Shown here in pieces: positions 8,835-18,572 of a stretch of DNA of 61,838 nucleotides. Where the stretch lies: the NCBI GenBank assembly GCA_964497245.1, contig CAZCCC010000003.1:1-61838 (forward strand), given 5' to 3'. The DNA is from an uncultured Gammaproteobacteria bacterium. Lineage in GTDB: Bacteria; Patescibacteriota; Patescibacteriia; Buchananbacterales; UBA6539. Positions within the stretch are counted from its first letter, which is position 1. The number at the start of each line of letters is the position of its first letter. The translations under genes and the position numbers were made by a program. The notes under the pieces are model-generated. The model was not told the DNA's origin and did not search any database. It saw nothing but the letters and a program-made list of their open reading frames with translations.

Positions 8835-9464
8835 TTATCTTGAATAAAACTCAACTATTAATCGTGGATTGAAAGTCTGTTCAATCTCTTCACCCTTAGG
8901 TTTGTTTAGTATTTTTATAGTTTTATTTTTAGAATCCAAACTAATCCAGCTTTGAATGTTCTGTTTTTCGATATTTTTTTCCAAGTTATTGAATAATTTT
9001 ACCTTAATTTTTGATGGTTTTATTGAAATTTCATCTTTAGGATTAAGTTGATATGATGGAATATTGACATTTTTACCATTAACCAAAAATAAGCCATGTG
9101 AAACCATTTGTCTGGCCTGTTTTCTTGACTTCGCAAAATTCGCCCGATATATAACATTATCAAATCTCATTTCTAGGTATTGTTGAAGAATTTCACCCGT
9201 ATCGCCTTTTTTGGCCATTGATTTTGAATAGTAACCTTTGAATTGTTTTTCTAGAATCCCATATATTCTTTTTGCTTTTTGTTTTTCACGCAGTTGCAGG
9301 CCATATTCAGTTGGTCTGGATCTTCTTTTTGGGCCATGCAATCCTGGCGGGTAATTTCTTCTAATTACGGGACATTTAGGAGAAAAGCACTTTTCTCCCT
9401 TTAAAAAAAGTTTTATCCCTTCTCTTCTACATTTTTTACATTTTGGATCTAAATCTTTTGCCAC
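8835..9464 (-). CDS. rpsD: 30S ribosomal protein S4 (uS4)
   Basis: CKKCRREGIKLFLKGEKCFSPKCP zinc knuckle, YGLQLREKQKAKRIYG and an S4 RNA-binding domain. Confidence 0.95.
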   Translation of the reverse strand: MAKDLDPKCKKCRREGIKLFLKGEKCFSPKCPVIRRNYPPGLHGPKRRSRPTEYGLQLREKQKAKRIYGILEKQFKGYYSKSMAKKGDTGEILQQYLEMRFDNVIYRANFAKSRKQARQMVSHGLFLVNGKNVNIPSYQLNPKDEISIKPSKIKVKLFNNLEKNIEKQNIQSWISLDSKNKTIKILNKPKGEEIEQTFNPRLIVEFYSR

Positions 9465-9483
9465 AATTTTTTATAATCATTAA

Positions 9484-9888
9484 TTATACTCTTCTTGGTT
9501 TTTTGGGTCGACAGCCATTATGAGGTATTGGAGTTATGTCTTTAATGCTCAAAACCTGGATTCCATTGGCATTTAGTGCTCTGATTGCTGCCTCTCTGCC
9601 TCCACCAATTCCTTTGACAAATACATTAACTTCTTTTAAGCCATATGGCTTTACTTTTTCAACTGCTTTTTGAATTATTATTCCAGCCGCATATGGAGTT
9701 GATTTTTTTGGCCCCCTAAATCCGACCTGTCCAGCTGAAGATTGGGCCAAAGTATCGCCGTTTATGTCTGTAAAAGTTATTATAGTGTTATTATACGTAG
9801 CTTTAACATAAGCCCTGCCTGAACTAACCTGGCGTCTAATATTCTTTTTTGAATTAATTTTTCTACCCTTAGTTTCTGATTTTACCAT
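9484..9888 (-). CDS. rpsK: 30S ribosomal protein S11 (uS11)
   Basis: GRAYVKATYNNTIITFTD..GFRGPKKSTPYAAG...DITPIPHNGCRPKKPRRV. Confidence 0.95.
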   Translation of the reverse strand: MVKSETKGRKINSKKNIRRQVSSGRAYVKATYNNTIITFTDINGDTLAQSSAGQVGFRGPKKSTPYAAGIIIQKAVEKVKPYGLKEVNVFVKGIGGGREAAIRALNANGIQVLSIKDITPIPHNGCRPKKPRRV

Positions 9889-9904
9889 AAGTATTTATAA
9901 ATGA

Positions 9905-10294
9905 TTAGGTTTTTTGAGATGTAGGTTTTTTACCGGAGCCCATAGTTCTTCTAACATTACCCCTTACTGTCCGAGTATTAGTTTTAGTTCTTTGTCCGCG
10001 CAAAGGGAGTCTCTTTGAGTGTCTAGATCCGCGATAACTGTTAATTTCCTTAAGACGCTTTATGTTTAGTAGTACTTCTCGTTTCAGATCACCCTCAACT
10101 TTATAATTTTTTTCTATTATTTCACGAAGCAAATTTATTTCGTTTTCCTTCATATCCTTTATCCTTAGGTTCGGATTTATCTTAGCCTCATCTAGAATTT
10201 TATTTGACAAATTTCTTCCTATACCAAAAATATAAGTTAAACCTATTTCTACTCTTTTGTCATTTGGTAATGTTGTGCCTGCTATTCTGGCCAT
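9905..10294 (-). CDS. rpsM: 30S ribosomal protein S13 (uS13)
   Basis: [26 protein letters not shown]...[23 protein letters not shown]. Confidence 0.95.
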   Translation of the reverse strand: MARIAGTTLPNDKRVEIGLTYIFGIGRNLSNKILDEAKINPNLRIKDMKENEINLLREIIEKNYKVEGDLKREVLLNIKRLKEINSYRGSRHSKRLPLRGQRTKTNTRTVRGNVRRTMGSGKKPTSQKT

Positions 10295-10315
10295 AAAAAA
10301 TAATTATTTATTATA

Positions 10316-10429
10316 TTAACCTTGCCGTTGGCGATGCTTTGGATTCTTGCATATTATATGAACCCTTTTCTTTCGCCTGACAACCTGGCAGTCTTTGCAG
10401 ATTTTTTTTACAGATGCTCTTACTTTCAT
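10316..10429 (-). CDS. rpmJ: 50S ribosomal protein L36 (bL36)
   Basis: Below the ORF-track length cut-off. My reverse-strand translation is [37 protein letters not shown] followed by a stop (37 aa). It sits between infA and rpsM as expected. Confidence 0.9.
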   Translation of the reverse strand: MKVRASVKKICKDCQVVRRKKRVHIICKNPKHRQRQG

Positions 10430-10443
10430 ATTAAATAAATAAA

Positions 10444-10680
10444 TTAATAACGATAGGTAATCCTGCCCTTAGTTAAGTCATAAGGAGTCATTTGGACTTT
10501 TACTTTATCCCCAGGTAATATTCTAATTCTAAACATTCTCATTTTTCCTGACAAATGCGCAAGAATTTCATGTTCATTACTTAATTTAACTTTAAATGTT
10601 GCAGCTGGTAAGAGTTCCAACACTTCTCCGTCTATTTCAATAAAGTCTTTACTTGGGGTAGAATTTTGTTTCTTTGTCAT
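10444..10680 (-). CDS. infA: translation initiation factor IF-1
   Basis: S1-like OB fold: [62 protein letters not shown]. Confidence 0.95.
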   Translation of the reverse strand: MTKKQNSTPSKDFIEIDGEVLELLPAATFKVKLSNEHEILAHLSGKMRMFRIRILPGDKVKVQMTPYDLTKGRITYRY

Positions 10681-10823
10681 AATTTAGCAAAAAAATAAAA
10701 TTCTATATAAGCTAGTGCTTACTAGAATTTCATTTTTAGCGCACTTTCTGCTTGTAATTTTTAGCTTTTTCTGATTTTATAATGTATTTAATTTAGCTGA
10801 ATTATTATGAAAAGTCAATATCT

Positions 10824-10852
10824 ATATTAAATCATATTTTATGTAGTGTCAA
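10824..10852 (-). promoter_or_regulatory. sigma70-type promoter TTGACA-N17-TAATAT upstream of the infA ribosomal block
   Basis: The minus strand reads TTGACA (10852-10847), a 17-nt spacer, then TAATAT (10829-10824). It lies in the alaS-infA intergenic region. Confidence 0.45.
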
Positions 10853-10878
10853 GCGCCTATTTATTTTTTTGTCTAATT

Positions 10879-12627
10879 TTAGCTTAGAATTGCTTTTATT
10901 CTTCTTACTCCAGAGCCGCTTGACTCTTCTTTAATTATTTTAAAAATTCCCAATTCGCCAGTATTCTTTGCGTGAGGGCCACCGCAAATTTCAACTGAGA
11001 AATTTCCTATCCGGTAAATTTTTACTTTTTTTCCATATTTGTGATCAAAAATTCCCATTGCTCCTATTTTTTTAGCTTCTTCTATATTAACTTCTTTATA
11101 GTCAATTGGTATGTTTTTTTGTATTTGTTCATTAACCATATTTTCAATTTTTTTTACTTGTTTTTCAGTTAATTTTTCTGGATGGGAAAAGTCAAATCTT
11201 ATTCTTTCTGATGTTATATTAGCGCCTTTCTGAAAAACATGGTTTCCCAAAACTTTCCTTAATGAAGCAAGCATTAGATGGGTTGCCGTATGCATTCTAG
11301 AAGTAATCTTACTATTATCCGCCAGCCCGCCTTTAAACTTTTTTTCAGCCCCTGTTCGTGAAATCTCTTGGTGTTTTTTAAATTCATCCAAAAAACCCTT
11401 TTCATCAACCTTTATTCCTTTCTCTTGGGCCAATTCTTTAGTTATTTCTAGGGGGAATCCGTAAGTGGAAAAAAGCAAAAAAACATTTTTGTTGTCAATA
11501 ATTTGATTTTTTTCAGACATCTTTTTGAATTCTCTAAGACCTTTTTCCAAAGTTTTTGAAAATTTTTCTTCCTCGTTAGAAAGCTGTTCCTTAATAAATT
11601 CTTTATTTTCTTCAAGTTCGGGGTAGTAGTAAGAAAATTCATTTATAATAGTTTTTGCTATTTTAAAGCAGAACGCCTTGTTTATGCCGATTATTTTGCC
11701 ATGTCTAATTGCTCTGCGGATAAGACGGCGCAAAACGTAGCCTTGTTCAATGTTGGATGGAGTTATTCCCTTTTGGTCGCCAAGTATAAATGTTGCCGCT
11801 CTAAGATGGTCAGCGATTATTCGTACTGATTTTTGATTAAAAGATGAAGCGATTTTTTTGATCTCTTTAAATATAGGAACGAATAAATCAGTTTCATATA
11901 CATTATCTTTTCCATTCAGAATGGCAATAGTCCTTTCTATTCCCATTCCGGTATCAACATTTTTTTGTGCTAGCTCTTTATATTGGCCATTTGAAGTTTT
12001 GTTATATTGCATAAAGACATTATTCCAAATTTCCATCCAGCGTTTATCGCTTATATTGAAAAATTTTGGCGGTTCATCTTTTCCGGTCCAATAATACATT
12101 TCAGTGTCAGGTCCGCATGGGCCAGTCATACCCGGAGGACCCCACCAATTTTCTTCCCAGCCTAAAAAAGAAATTCTTTCATTTTTTATACCCAACGAGA
12201 GCCAAATTTTTTCAGATTCTTCGTCTTTGGGAATATTATTTTTTGGATCACCAGCAAAACATGTTATAGCTAGTTTTTTTATGGGTATTTTTAATTCTTT
12301 AGTTAAAAATTCAAAACTCCACTCAATTGCCTCTTTTTTAAAATAGTCCCCAAGAGACCAATTTCCCAGCATTTCAAAAAAAGTTAAATGAGAACTATCA
12401 CCAATACCATCAATGTCGCCAGTTCTTATACATTTTTGAAAGTTTACAAGCCTTTTTCCGCAAGGATGTTTTTCACCTAAAATATAAGGGACAAGAGGAT
12501 GCATACCGGCTGTAGTAAATAATACAGTGGGATCATTTTCCGGAATTAAAGAAGAAGAATTTATTATAGAATGTCCTCTTTTTTCAAAGAAATTTAAGTA
12601 CTTGTTTTTTAATTCTTTTGAATCCAT
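10879..12627 (-). CDS. alaS: alanine--tRNA ligase, short form (catalytic + editing domains, no C-Ala domain)
   Basis: N-terminus KYLNFFEKRGHSIINSSSLIPENDPTVLFTTAGMHPLVPY, editing-domain motifs HTATHLM and CGGPH. The protein is 582 aa, against roughly 870 aa for canonical bacterial AlaRS. Confidence 0.9.
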   Translation of the reverse strand: MDSKELKNKYLNFFEKRGHSIINSSSLIPENDPTVLFTTAGMHPLVPYILGEKHPCGKRLVNFQKCIRTGDIDGIGDSSHLTFFEMLGNWSLGDYFKKEAIEWSFEFLTKELKIPIKKLAITCFAGDPKNNIPKDEESEKIWLSLGIKNERISFLGWEENWWGPPGMTGPCGPDTEMYYWTGKDEPPKFFNISDKRWMEIWNNVFMQYNKTSNGQYKELAQKNVDTGMGIERTIAILNGKDNVYETDLFVPIFKEIKKIASSFNQKSVRIIADHLRAATFILGDQKGITPSNIEQGYVLRRLIRRAIRHGKIIGINKAFCFKIAKTIINEFSYYYPELEENKEFIKEQLSNEEEKFSKTLEKGLREFKKMSEKNQIIDNKNVFLLFSTYGFPLEITKELAQEKGIKVDEKGFLDEFKKHQEISRTGAEKKFKGGLADNSKITSRMHTATHLMLASLRKVLGNHVFQKGANITSERIRFDFSHPEKLTEKQVKKIENMVNEQIQKNIPIDYKEVNIEEAKKIGAMGIFDHKYGKKVKIYRIGNFSVEICGGPHAKNTGELGIFKIIKEESSGSGVRRIKAILS

Positions 12628-12687
12628 ATTGAATAATAATCATTATTGACTTATTTTAGCAGATTAAATAATTATTTTCAAGACTAT

Positions 12688-13779
12688 TTATAATACTTTT
12701 TTAATTATTCCCCCGCCGAGGAGTTTTTGTCCTTTATAAAATACTGCTGATTGACCTGGCATAATTGCTCTAGCAGTTACGGTAAGAAATACACAATTGT
12801 CAATAATTTTGCAGACAATAGGTTTTGACTGATGTCTTATTCTAACGCTGATTTTTTCAGTTTTTTTTGGTACTAGCCCTGATATCCAATTAACATTTCC
12901 TATTTTAAATTTATTACTATAAAGCAACTCATCATTATGATTTTGAGAAACGAATAAGGTATTATTTTTATGGTTAATTTTAACCACATAAAACGGTCCT
13001 GTTCCGCCTATGTTCAAGCCCTGCCTTTGCCCTAAAGTATAAAGCTCTAATCCACCATGAGATCCTAAAATTTTTCCTTTCATGTTTTTTATTAGCCCTG
13101 CTTTGAGCCTAAGATTTCTTTTTAAGAATGAGTAGTGGGTTTTTTCCGGAATAAAACATATTTCCTGACTTTCCGGTTTATTATAAACCGGCAAACTTAA
13201 TTTTTTAGCCATAGCTTTCACTTCAGATTTCAAGTAGCTTCCTAGTGGAAAAATCAAGTGCTTAAGCTGGCTTTGTTTTAATCCATACAAAAAATAGGAT
13301 TGATCTTTCTTTTTATCCTTACTGCAAAATAATTCATAAACTATTTTTTTATTATGCCTCTTTTTCATTTTTTTTATGTAATGACCAGTGGCTAAATAGT
13401 TACAACCTAAAGATCTCATAGTTTTTAGTAATATTCCAAATTTAATAAATTGATTGCAAAATACACAAGGGTTTGGAGTATTGCCTTTTGTATGTTCTTT
13501 AAGCCAAGGATTAACAACTCTTTTTTTAAATTGATCTCTAAAATCCAAAGTGTAAAGTTTAAAACCTAATAAATTTGCGGCTATTCTCGCATCATTATAA
13601 GAATCAATGCTACAGCATTTATTTTGGACTTTGGTTTCTGCTTCTGTCCAAAATTTTATAAATACACCGACACAGTCATAGCCTTTTTCTTTCAGTAATG
13701 AAGCGGCAATGGATGAATCTACACCGCCAGACATGGCAATGCAGACTTTTTTTTTAATTATTATTTTTTTATTCTTCAT
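12688..13779 (-). CDS. mnmA: tRNA-specific 2-thiouridylase MnmA
   Basis: PP-loop VCIAMSGGVDSSIAASLL, then NPCVFCNQFIKFG and DQSYFL motifs. Confidence 0.9.
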   Translation of the reverse strand: MKNKKIIIKKKVCIAMSGGVDSSIAASLLKEKGYDCVGVFIKFWTEAETKVQNKCCSIDSYNDARIAANLLGFKLYTLDFRDQFKKRVVNPWLKEHTKGNTPNPCVFCNQFIKFGILLKTMRSLGCNYLATGHYIKKMKKRHNKKIVYELFCSKDKKKDQSYFLYGLKQSQLKHLIFPLGSYLKSEVKAMAKKLSLPVYNKPESQEICFIPEKTHYSFLKRNLRLKAGLIKNMKGKILGSHGGLELYTLGQRQGLNIGGTGPFYVVKINHKNNTLFVSQNHNDELLYSNKFKIGNVNWISGLVPKKTEKISVRIRHQSKPIVCKIIDNCVFLTVTARAIMPGQSAVFYKGQKLLGGGIIKKVL

Positions 13780-13802
13780 ACATAAATAAGTTGATAAAAA
13801 AA

Positions 13803-13831
13803 TTGACGTATTTTTATTTAAATGATAAGAT
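13803..13831 (+). promoter_or_regulatory. sigma70-type promoter TTGACG-N17-TAAGAT
   Basis: TTGACG (13803-13808), an exact 17-nt spacer, then TAAGAT (13826-13831). It lies upstream of the small acidic ORF. Confidence 0.45.
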
Positions 13832-13908
13832 TAAATTGTAATCAGCAAACTAATAATTAAAGTCCTGATTTTTTTAAAAAAATTTAGGGCTAAAAGGAGA
13901 AAATAAAA

Positions 13909-14049
13909 ATGGTTTTTGACGAAGAAATGACAACAACTCCTGCTGAAGACCAAAATACTGTCAACGATCCTATGACTGACGAAAACCCTGAAACAGTTAC
14001 TCCAGAAAGTAATATTGAAAATGAAGGGTCAGAAGATTCAGTCGAATAG
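13909..14049 (+). CDS. small, highly acidic hypothetical protein (46 aa)
   Basis: An AAGGAG SD sits 8 nt before the ATG. Translation: MVFDEEMTTTPAEDQNTVNDPMTDENPETVTPESNIENEGSEDSVE. It has its own promoter-like element upstream and a hairpin plus T-run downstream. It is below the track cut-off. Confidence 0.45.
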   Translation: MVFDEEMTTTPAEDQNTVNDPMTDENPETVTPESNIENEGSEDSVE

Positions 14050-14072
14050 AAATAAAATAATTTTTACTAGAG

Positions 14073-14098
14073 CAGCCATCCTAAAAAGAGGCTGTTTT
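14073..14098 (+). terminator. intrinsic terminator after the acidic ORF
   Basis: Stem CAGCC (14073-14077) pairs with GGCTG (14090-14094), followed by TTTT. Confidence 0.45.
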
Positions 14099-14110
14099 AG
14101 TAATTTTAAT

Positions 14111-15241
14111 CTACAATATGAACTGAGTCGTTATTCCAAACAAAAGCAGTGCAATAAGAATATAAAATATAGACATTGGTATTTTTATTTTATATTCAGG
14201 AATTCTTTCACTTTTAACCCTGGCTTTCAGATAAATTATATATATCAAAATTATATCAATTCCCAAAGTGACAGCTCCGGTAAAGGCGATAATCCTTATA
14301 AAATCCTTCAGGCCTACAAAATACAAAATAATCGGAACAAAGGTTGCAATTACCCAGGATTCAAAATGGTGAAATTTAAGATCATACCAAAATATTTTTT
14401 TTAGTGTTAATCCGATTGATATATAAGAAGTAAAAGTGGTAATAATTCCGAAAAGAAATCCCACTATTAGTATGTTTGGACCCAATATCGGTTGCAACCC
14501 AGATAATGCATCTTCGGTAGTTAAAATGCCGGAGGTTCCAAGAATTAGAACTATAAAAAATAAATAAACAATTGCCGGTAGCAGAGTTCCAGTAATTAAC
14601 AAACTTTTTAATAATTTTCCGTTTTTACCGAGAATTTCCCTGGCTTCAGGAACAATTGACATTCCGGAAAGTGAAAATAATATTACGCCGTATGGCAGAA
14701 GAATACTTTTAAAATCCGCCGTGAATAATCGGAAATTATCAATTTCTATAAAAGAAGATCCTTTAATGAAGATAAATAAAAAAATCACAAGAAAAATTAT
14801 CAGACTTAACAATTCCGATCTAGCTATAGCTTTACTCCCAAGATAGATTATAAAAGATCCAGTAGTAAAGAATATAAGCAAATAAATAAGTTCATTTCCT
14901 CCAAACACTGGCAGCAGCAAATTGCCCAGAAACCCTCCGCCGATAATAATATAAGCCAAATTCGCCCCGAAAAGACCAATTGAATTGCTTATGGCCGGGA
15001 TAATTTTATATTTTTTTCCCAAATAAATTTCTGTATACCCTGGTAGCCGTCTTTGCTCCAAGGTTCTCAGACAAATTTCACCAAAAATCAAATGGCTTAT
15101 TATCATTACCACTGTTATCAAGGCAAAATAAAACAAAACCGGCACCACCCCGGCTTTCAGTGTAACATACGGCAAACCGAATAAACCAACTCCTATTATT
15201 GTTCCAGAAAAGGTCGCAAGTGCTAAAAAATATTTTTTCAT
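14111..15241 (-). CDS. amino-acid permease-like polytopic membrane protein
   Basis: A 376-aa protein with about 10-11 hydrophobic segments. The N-terminus FSGTIIGVGLFGLPYV resembles aromatic/other amino-acid transporter families. The family assignment is tentative. Confidence 0.6.
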   Translation of the reverse strand: MKKYFLALATFSGTIIGVGLFGLPYVTLKAGVVPVLFYFALITVVMIISHLIFGEICLRTLEQRRLPGYTEIYLGKKYKIIPAISNSIGLFGANLAYIIIGGGFLGNLLLPVFGGNELIYLLIFFTTGSFIIYLGSKAIARSELLSLIIFLVIFLFIFIKGSSFIEIDNFRLFTADFKSILLPYGVILFSLSGMSIVPEAREILGKNGKLLKSLLITGTLLPAIVYLFFIVLILGTSGILTTEDALSGLQPILGPNILIVGFLFGIITTFTSYISIGLTLKKIFWYDLKFHHFESWVIATFVPIILYFVGLKDFIRIIAFTGAVTLGIDIILIYIIYLKARVKSERIPEYKIKIPMSIFYILIALLLFGITTQFIL

Positions 15242-15325
15242 AGCATTATTATAGCATAAAAGCAGAGATTCTGTCCCCTGCTTTTTAAGATATATGGTTT
15301 TACAAAGTTAAAATATTATCCTTTT

Positions 15326-16630
15326 TTAACGGCCTATTCCAAAATATTTAAATCCTATCTTTTCTGCTTCTTCTCGGCTAAAAATATTTCTGCCGTCAAA
15401 TATTATAGGTGTTACCAGCAGCTCCTTAATTTTTTTTAAATCTGAATTTTTAAATTCATCCCATTCAGTACATATTATTAAAGCCTCAGCGCCTTTGCAT
15501 GCTTCATATTGATTATCAAAATATTTAATATCAGGAATTTCTTTTTTGGCATTTTTTAACGCCTGAGGGTCATAGGCTTGGATGTTGGCACCGTCTTCTT
15601 TTAATTTTTTAATTAATTTTAAAGAAGGAGAATTTCTAATGTCATCAGTATTGGGTTTAAAAGAAAGACCCCAGACAGCAATTTCCTTATTGTCAATTAC
15701 CCAAAGTTCTTTTTCAATTTTTTTTATAAACCTTTTTAGTATTTCTTCATTAATTTTTTCAACAGACTCAATAAAAGAATTGTCAATTCCTAAAGTCTCA
15801 AGAGTTTTTTTATAAGCAGCAATATCTTTAGGAAAACAGCTTCCGCCAAAACCAATACCAGGGTTTAAAAAATGCTTACCGATTCTTTCGTCTAGCCCTA
15901 TTGATTCCAAAACTTCCAAAGCGTCAGCGCCGGCTTCCTCACAGGTTTGGGCAATTAAATTAGCAAAAGAAATTTTTGTCGCCAAAAAAGTATTGGCTCC
16001 GTGTTTTATTAATTCAGCACTTCTAACCGAAGTAATTTTAACTGGAATATTATTTTTTTCAATTATAGGTTTGTATAATTCAAGCATTTTTTCTTTAGCT
16101 TTTTGTGATTCAACGCCAATTACTATTCTATCCGGTTTTATTGTATCTTCTATCGCCGTACCTTCTTTTAAAAATTCGGGATTAGAAACAACATCAAAAT
16201 TAATATTACCGTTGCCGTATTTAATAATCGTTTCTTTAACTTTTTCAGCTGTTTTGACAGGCACAGTGCTTTTATCAACTATTATTTTATAATCGCCATT
16301 AATAAACTGAGCAATTTCTTTTGCAACTTTTTCAACATATTTTAAATCAGCCCTACCATCTTGCTTGGGTGGAGTATTAACACATATAAAAATTATTTCC
16401 GATTCTTTTGTAGCCAACGATATATCATCGGAAAAAAATAAATTTTTGGATTTTTGATTTTTTACAATCAAATCTTCAAGGCCTGGTTCATAGATTGGTG
16501 ATTTTCCTTTTTTTAATTTTTCAAGTTTTTCTTGATCATTATCAACGCATATTACTTGATGGCCTAAATCTGCCATACAAACGCCAGTAGTTAATCCAAC
16601 ATATCCAGTGCCAATAATTGAGATTTTCAT
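15326..16630 (-). CDS. ugd: UDP-glucose 6-dehydrogenase
   Basis: Rossmann N-terminus MKISIIGTGYVGLTTGVCMADLGH and catalytic-Cys region GFGGSCFPKD. I start at the ATG (16630) rather than the track's upstream TTG (16651). Confidence 0.85.
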   Translation of the reverse strand: MKISIIGTGYVGLTTGVCMADLGHQVICVDNDQEKLEKLKKGKSPIYEPGLEDLIVKNQKSKNLFFSDDISLATKESEIIFICVNTPPKQDGRADLKYVEKVAKEIAQFINGDYKIIVDKSTVPVKTAEKVKETIIKYGNGNINFDVVSNPEFLKEGTAIEDTIKPDRIVIGVESQKAKEKMLELYKPIIEKNNIPVKITSVRSAELIKHGANTFLATKISFANLIAQTCEEAGADALEVLESIGLDERIGKHFLNPGIGFGGSCFPKDIAAYKKTLETLGIDNSFIESVEKINEEILKRFIKKIEKELWVIDNKEIAVWGLSFKPNTDDIRNSPSLKLIKKLKEDGANIQAYDPQALKNAKKEIPDIKYFDNQYEACKGAEALIICTEWDEFKNSDLKKIKELLVTPIIFDGRNIFSREEAEKIGFKYFGIGR

Positions 16631-16765
16631 AAAAAAATTTAAATTATGCAATCGGAAACAAAAAATTAAGCTTCGCTTAAAGTTAATTAAATAATATAAA
16701 ATAAGACGTATTTAGTTGTTTAATGTTACAGTTTTTTGTTATTTTTGTCAAAAATTAAAAAATTA

Positions 16766-18568
16766 TTAAAATTTTATTACCTCACCTGGTTTAACGGTTC
16801 TTATCTCCTGATCTCCGATTTGTTTTTTTTCCTCAATTAGTTGATAAACACTAGGCTTTTTAGGATTTCCGGAATCTTCTTTTTGCCTTTTCGTTTCAAA
16901 AGGCAAAGGTCCTTTAGATAAAGCCTCCTGCAAGGAAATTTCCGACTGTACTTCATTTTTTGATTCAATTATTTCAGACTGTTTTTCTTTGCTGGTCATT
17001 TTTTTCTTGATATTTTGAAAACAACTATTACAGTAAATCGGTCTTACTCCATCAGGTTTAAAATTTATTTCTGTTGATTTTCCGCATTCATAACACACCG
17101 CTTGATAGCTTATTTTTTGTCTGGGCTTTTCTTTTTTATTTTTTTCTTGACGGAAAGTGGATTGAGCTGAATTTTCTATTCTAGCATTTTCATTTTTGGA
17201 AGCAGGCTTTAAAGAAGCCTTTACCTTGTTTGGGACATCATCATCTTCATCATTTACTCCGCTCCAACGGCTTATTTTGTCTTCTACGACTTCTCGGGGC
17301 TTGGCATATCTTTCTCTTGATACATTTATTATTTTTTCTTTATTATTAGTTAAATATTTATCTCCAAGAGGTGGAAGAGTAGTTGCTGAAAAAGGATTTG
17401 AGGAAACACCGTCAATCATCAGCTTCATATATATATCATATTTAGTTAAGTTTACCAAGTCTTCTTCAACAAAATAAGGAGCAAATTCTGTTGCTAAAAA
17501 TTCAGCATCAGCTGCGCCAACCCTAAAACACATTATAGTGCCGACGTTGCCAAATACAGCAGCTCTTACCAATTCATCCAGCTGTTCAACGTATTGATGT
17601 CCAATTGTCAAATTTAATCTGTATTTTCTGGCTTCCGAAAGGATATTAGCGAAGGATTCTGTTGCAAAATTTTGGAATTCATCAACATATAAATAAAAAT
17701 CTTTTCTTTGTTCTTCGGGAGTGTCAATCCGGCTCATTGCAGCAAGCTGAATTTTTGTAATCATCATTGCTCCAAGCATTGCCGAAGAATCTTCGCCAAT
17801 TTTTCCTTTTGAGAGATTCATTATCAATATTTTTTGATTGTCCATTATTTGCCGTATGTCAATTGTTGATTTTACCTGCCCAATCACGTTTCTAATCATA
17901 GCGGTAGATAAAAATTGTCCAACCTTGTTTTGTATTGGAGCTATGGCTTCAACCTGGAATTGTTGTGGATATTTTGAATATTCTTCTACCCAAAAAGATT
18001 TAACCACAGGATCTTTTATTTTACTGATGACTTTATTTCGGTAAGTTTTATCTACAAGAATTCTCATTACCCCCAAAAGAGTGCTTCCGGGATAGTCAAG
18101 CAAAGCCAAAATAGCATTACGCAAAAGGTATTCTAGACGCGGCCCCCAGGAATCAGCCCAGAGTTTTTTGAATACACCAATTAGACCGGAGGCTACGAGA
18201 TGCTTATGTTCTTGAGAAACAGCCTCCATTACATTAAAAGCTATCGGGTAGTGGATGTCTGATGGGTCAAGATATATTACATCATTAATTCTTTCACTTG
18301 GAATAAAATTAATTATTTTTTCCGCGAAATCTCCATGAGGATCAACAAGGGCAACACCTTCTCCATTTATTATGTCTTGAATTATCATATTTTCCATTGC
18401 GGTTGATTTCCCCATACCGGTTTTACCAATAAGATACATATGTCGCCTTCGATCGTCCTTTTTAATGCCAAATCTAACACGCTGATTGCGGAAGTTAGTT
18501 TCGGCAAAAAGATTTATTTTATGTATTTTTTCCTCTGCTTGATTTTTTGTTTCGCTTTTTTCTTCCAT
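16766..18568 (-). CDS. VirD4/TraD/TraG-like (HerA-FtsK superfamily) P-loop ATPase with a C-terminal zinc-ribbon tail
   Basis: Walker A LIGKTGMGKST, Walker B FYLYVDEFQNF, and GHQYVEQL. It has no N-terminal TM helices. The roughly 200-aa K/E/S-rich tail contains CYECGKSTEINFKPDGVRPIYCNSC. I prefer the start at MEEKSE (18568), 4 nt after the upstream stop. The track's longer start (18631) would overlap that gene by 59 nt. Confidence 0.7.
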   Translation of the reverse strand: MEEKSETKNQAEEKIHKINLFAETNFRNQRVRFGIKKDDRRRHMYLIGKTGMGKSTAMENMIIQDIINGEGVALVDPHGDFAEKIINFIPSERINDVIYLDPSDIHYPIAFNVMEAVSQEHKHLVASGLIGVFKKLWADSWGPRLEYLLRNAILALLDYPGSTLLGVMRILVDKTYRNKVISKIKDPVVKSFWVEEYSKYPQQFQVEAIAPIQNKVGQFLSTAMIRNVIGQVKSTIDIRQIMDNQKILIMNLSKGKIGEDSSAMLGAMMITKIQLAAMSRIDTPEEQRKDFYLYVDEFQNFATESFANILSEARKYRLNLTIGHQYVEQLDELVRAAVFGNVGTIMCFRVGAADAEFLATEFAPYFVEEDLVNLTKYDIYMKLMIDGVSSNPFSATTLPPLGDKYLTNNKEKIINVSRERYAKPREVVEDKISRWSGVNDEDDDVPNKVKASLKPASKNENARIENSAQSTFRQEKNKKEKPRQKISYQAVCYECGKSTEINFKPDGVRPIYCNSCFQNIKKKMTSKEKQSEIIESKNEVQSEISLQEALSKGPLPFETKRQKEDSGNPKKPSVYQLIEEKKQIGDQEIRTVKPGEVIKF

Positions 18569-18572
18569 ATTT

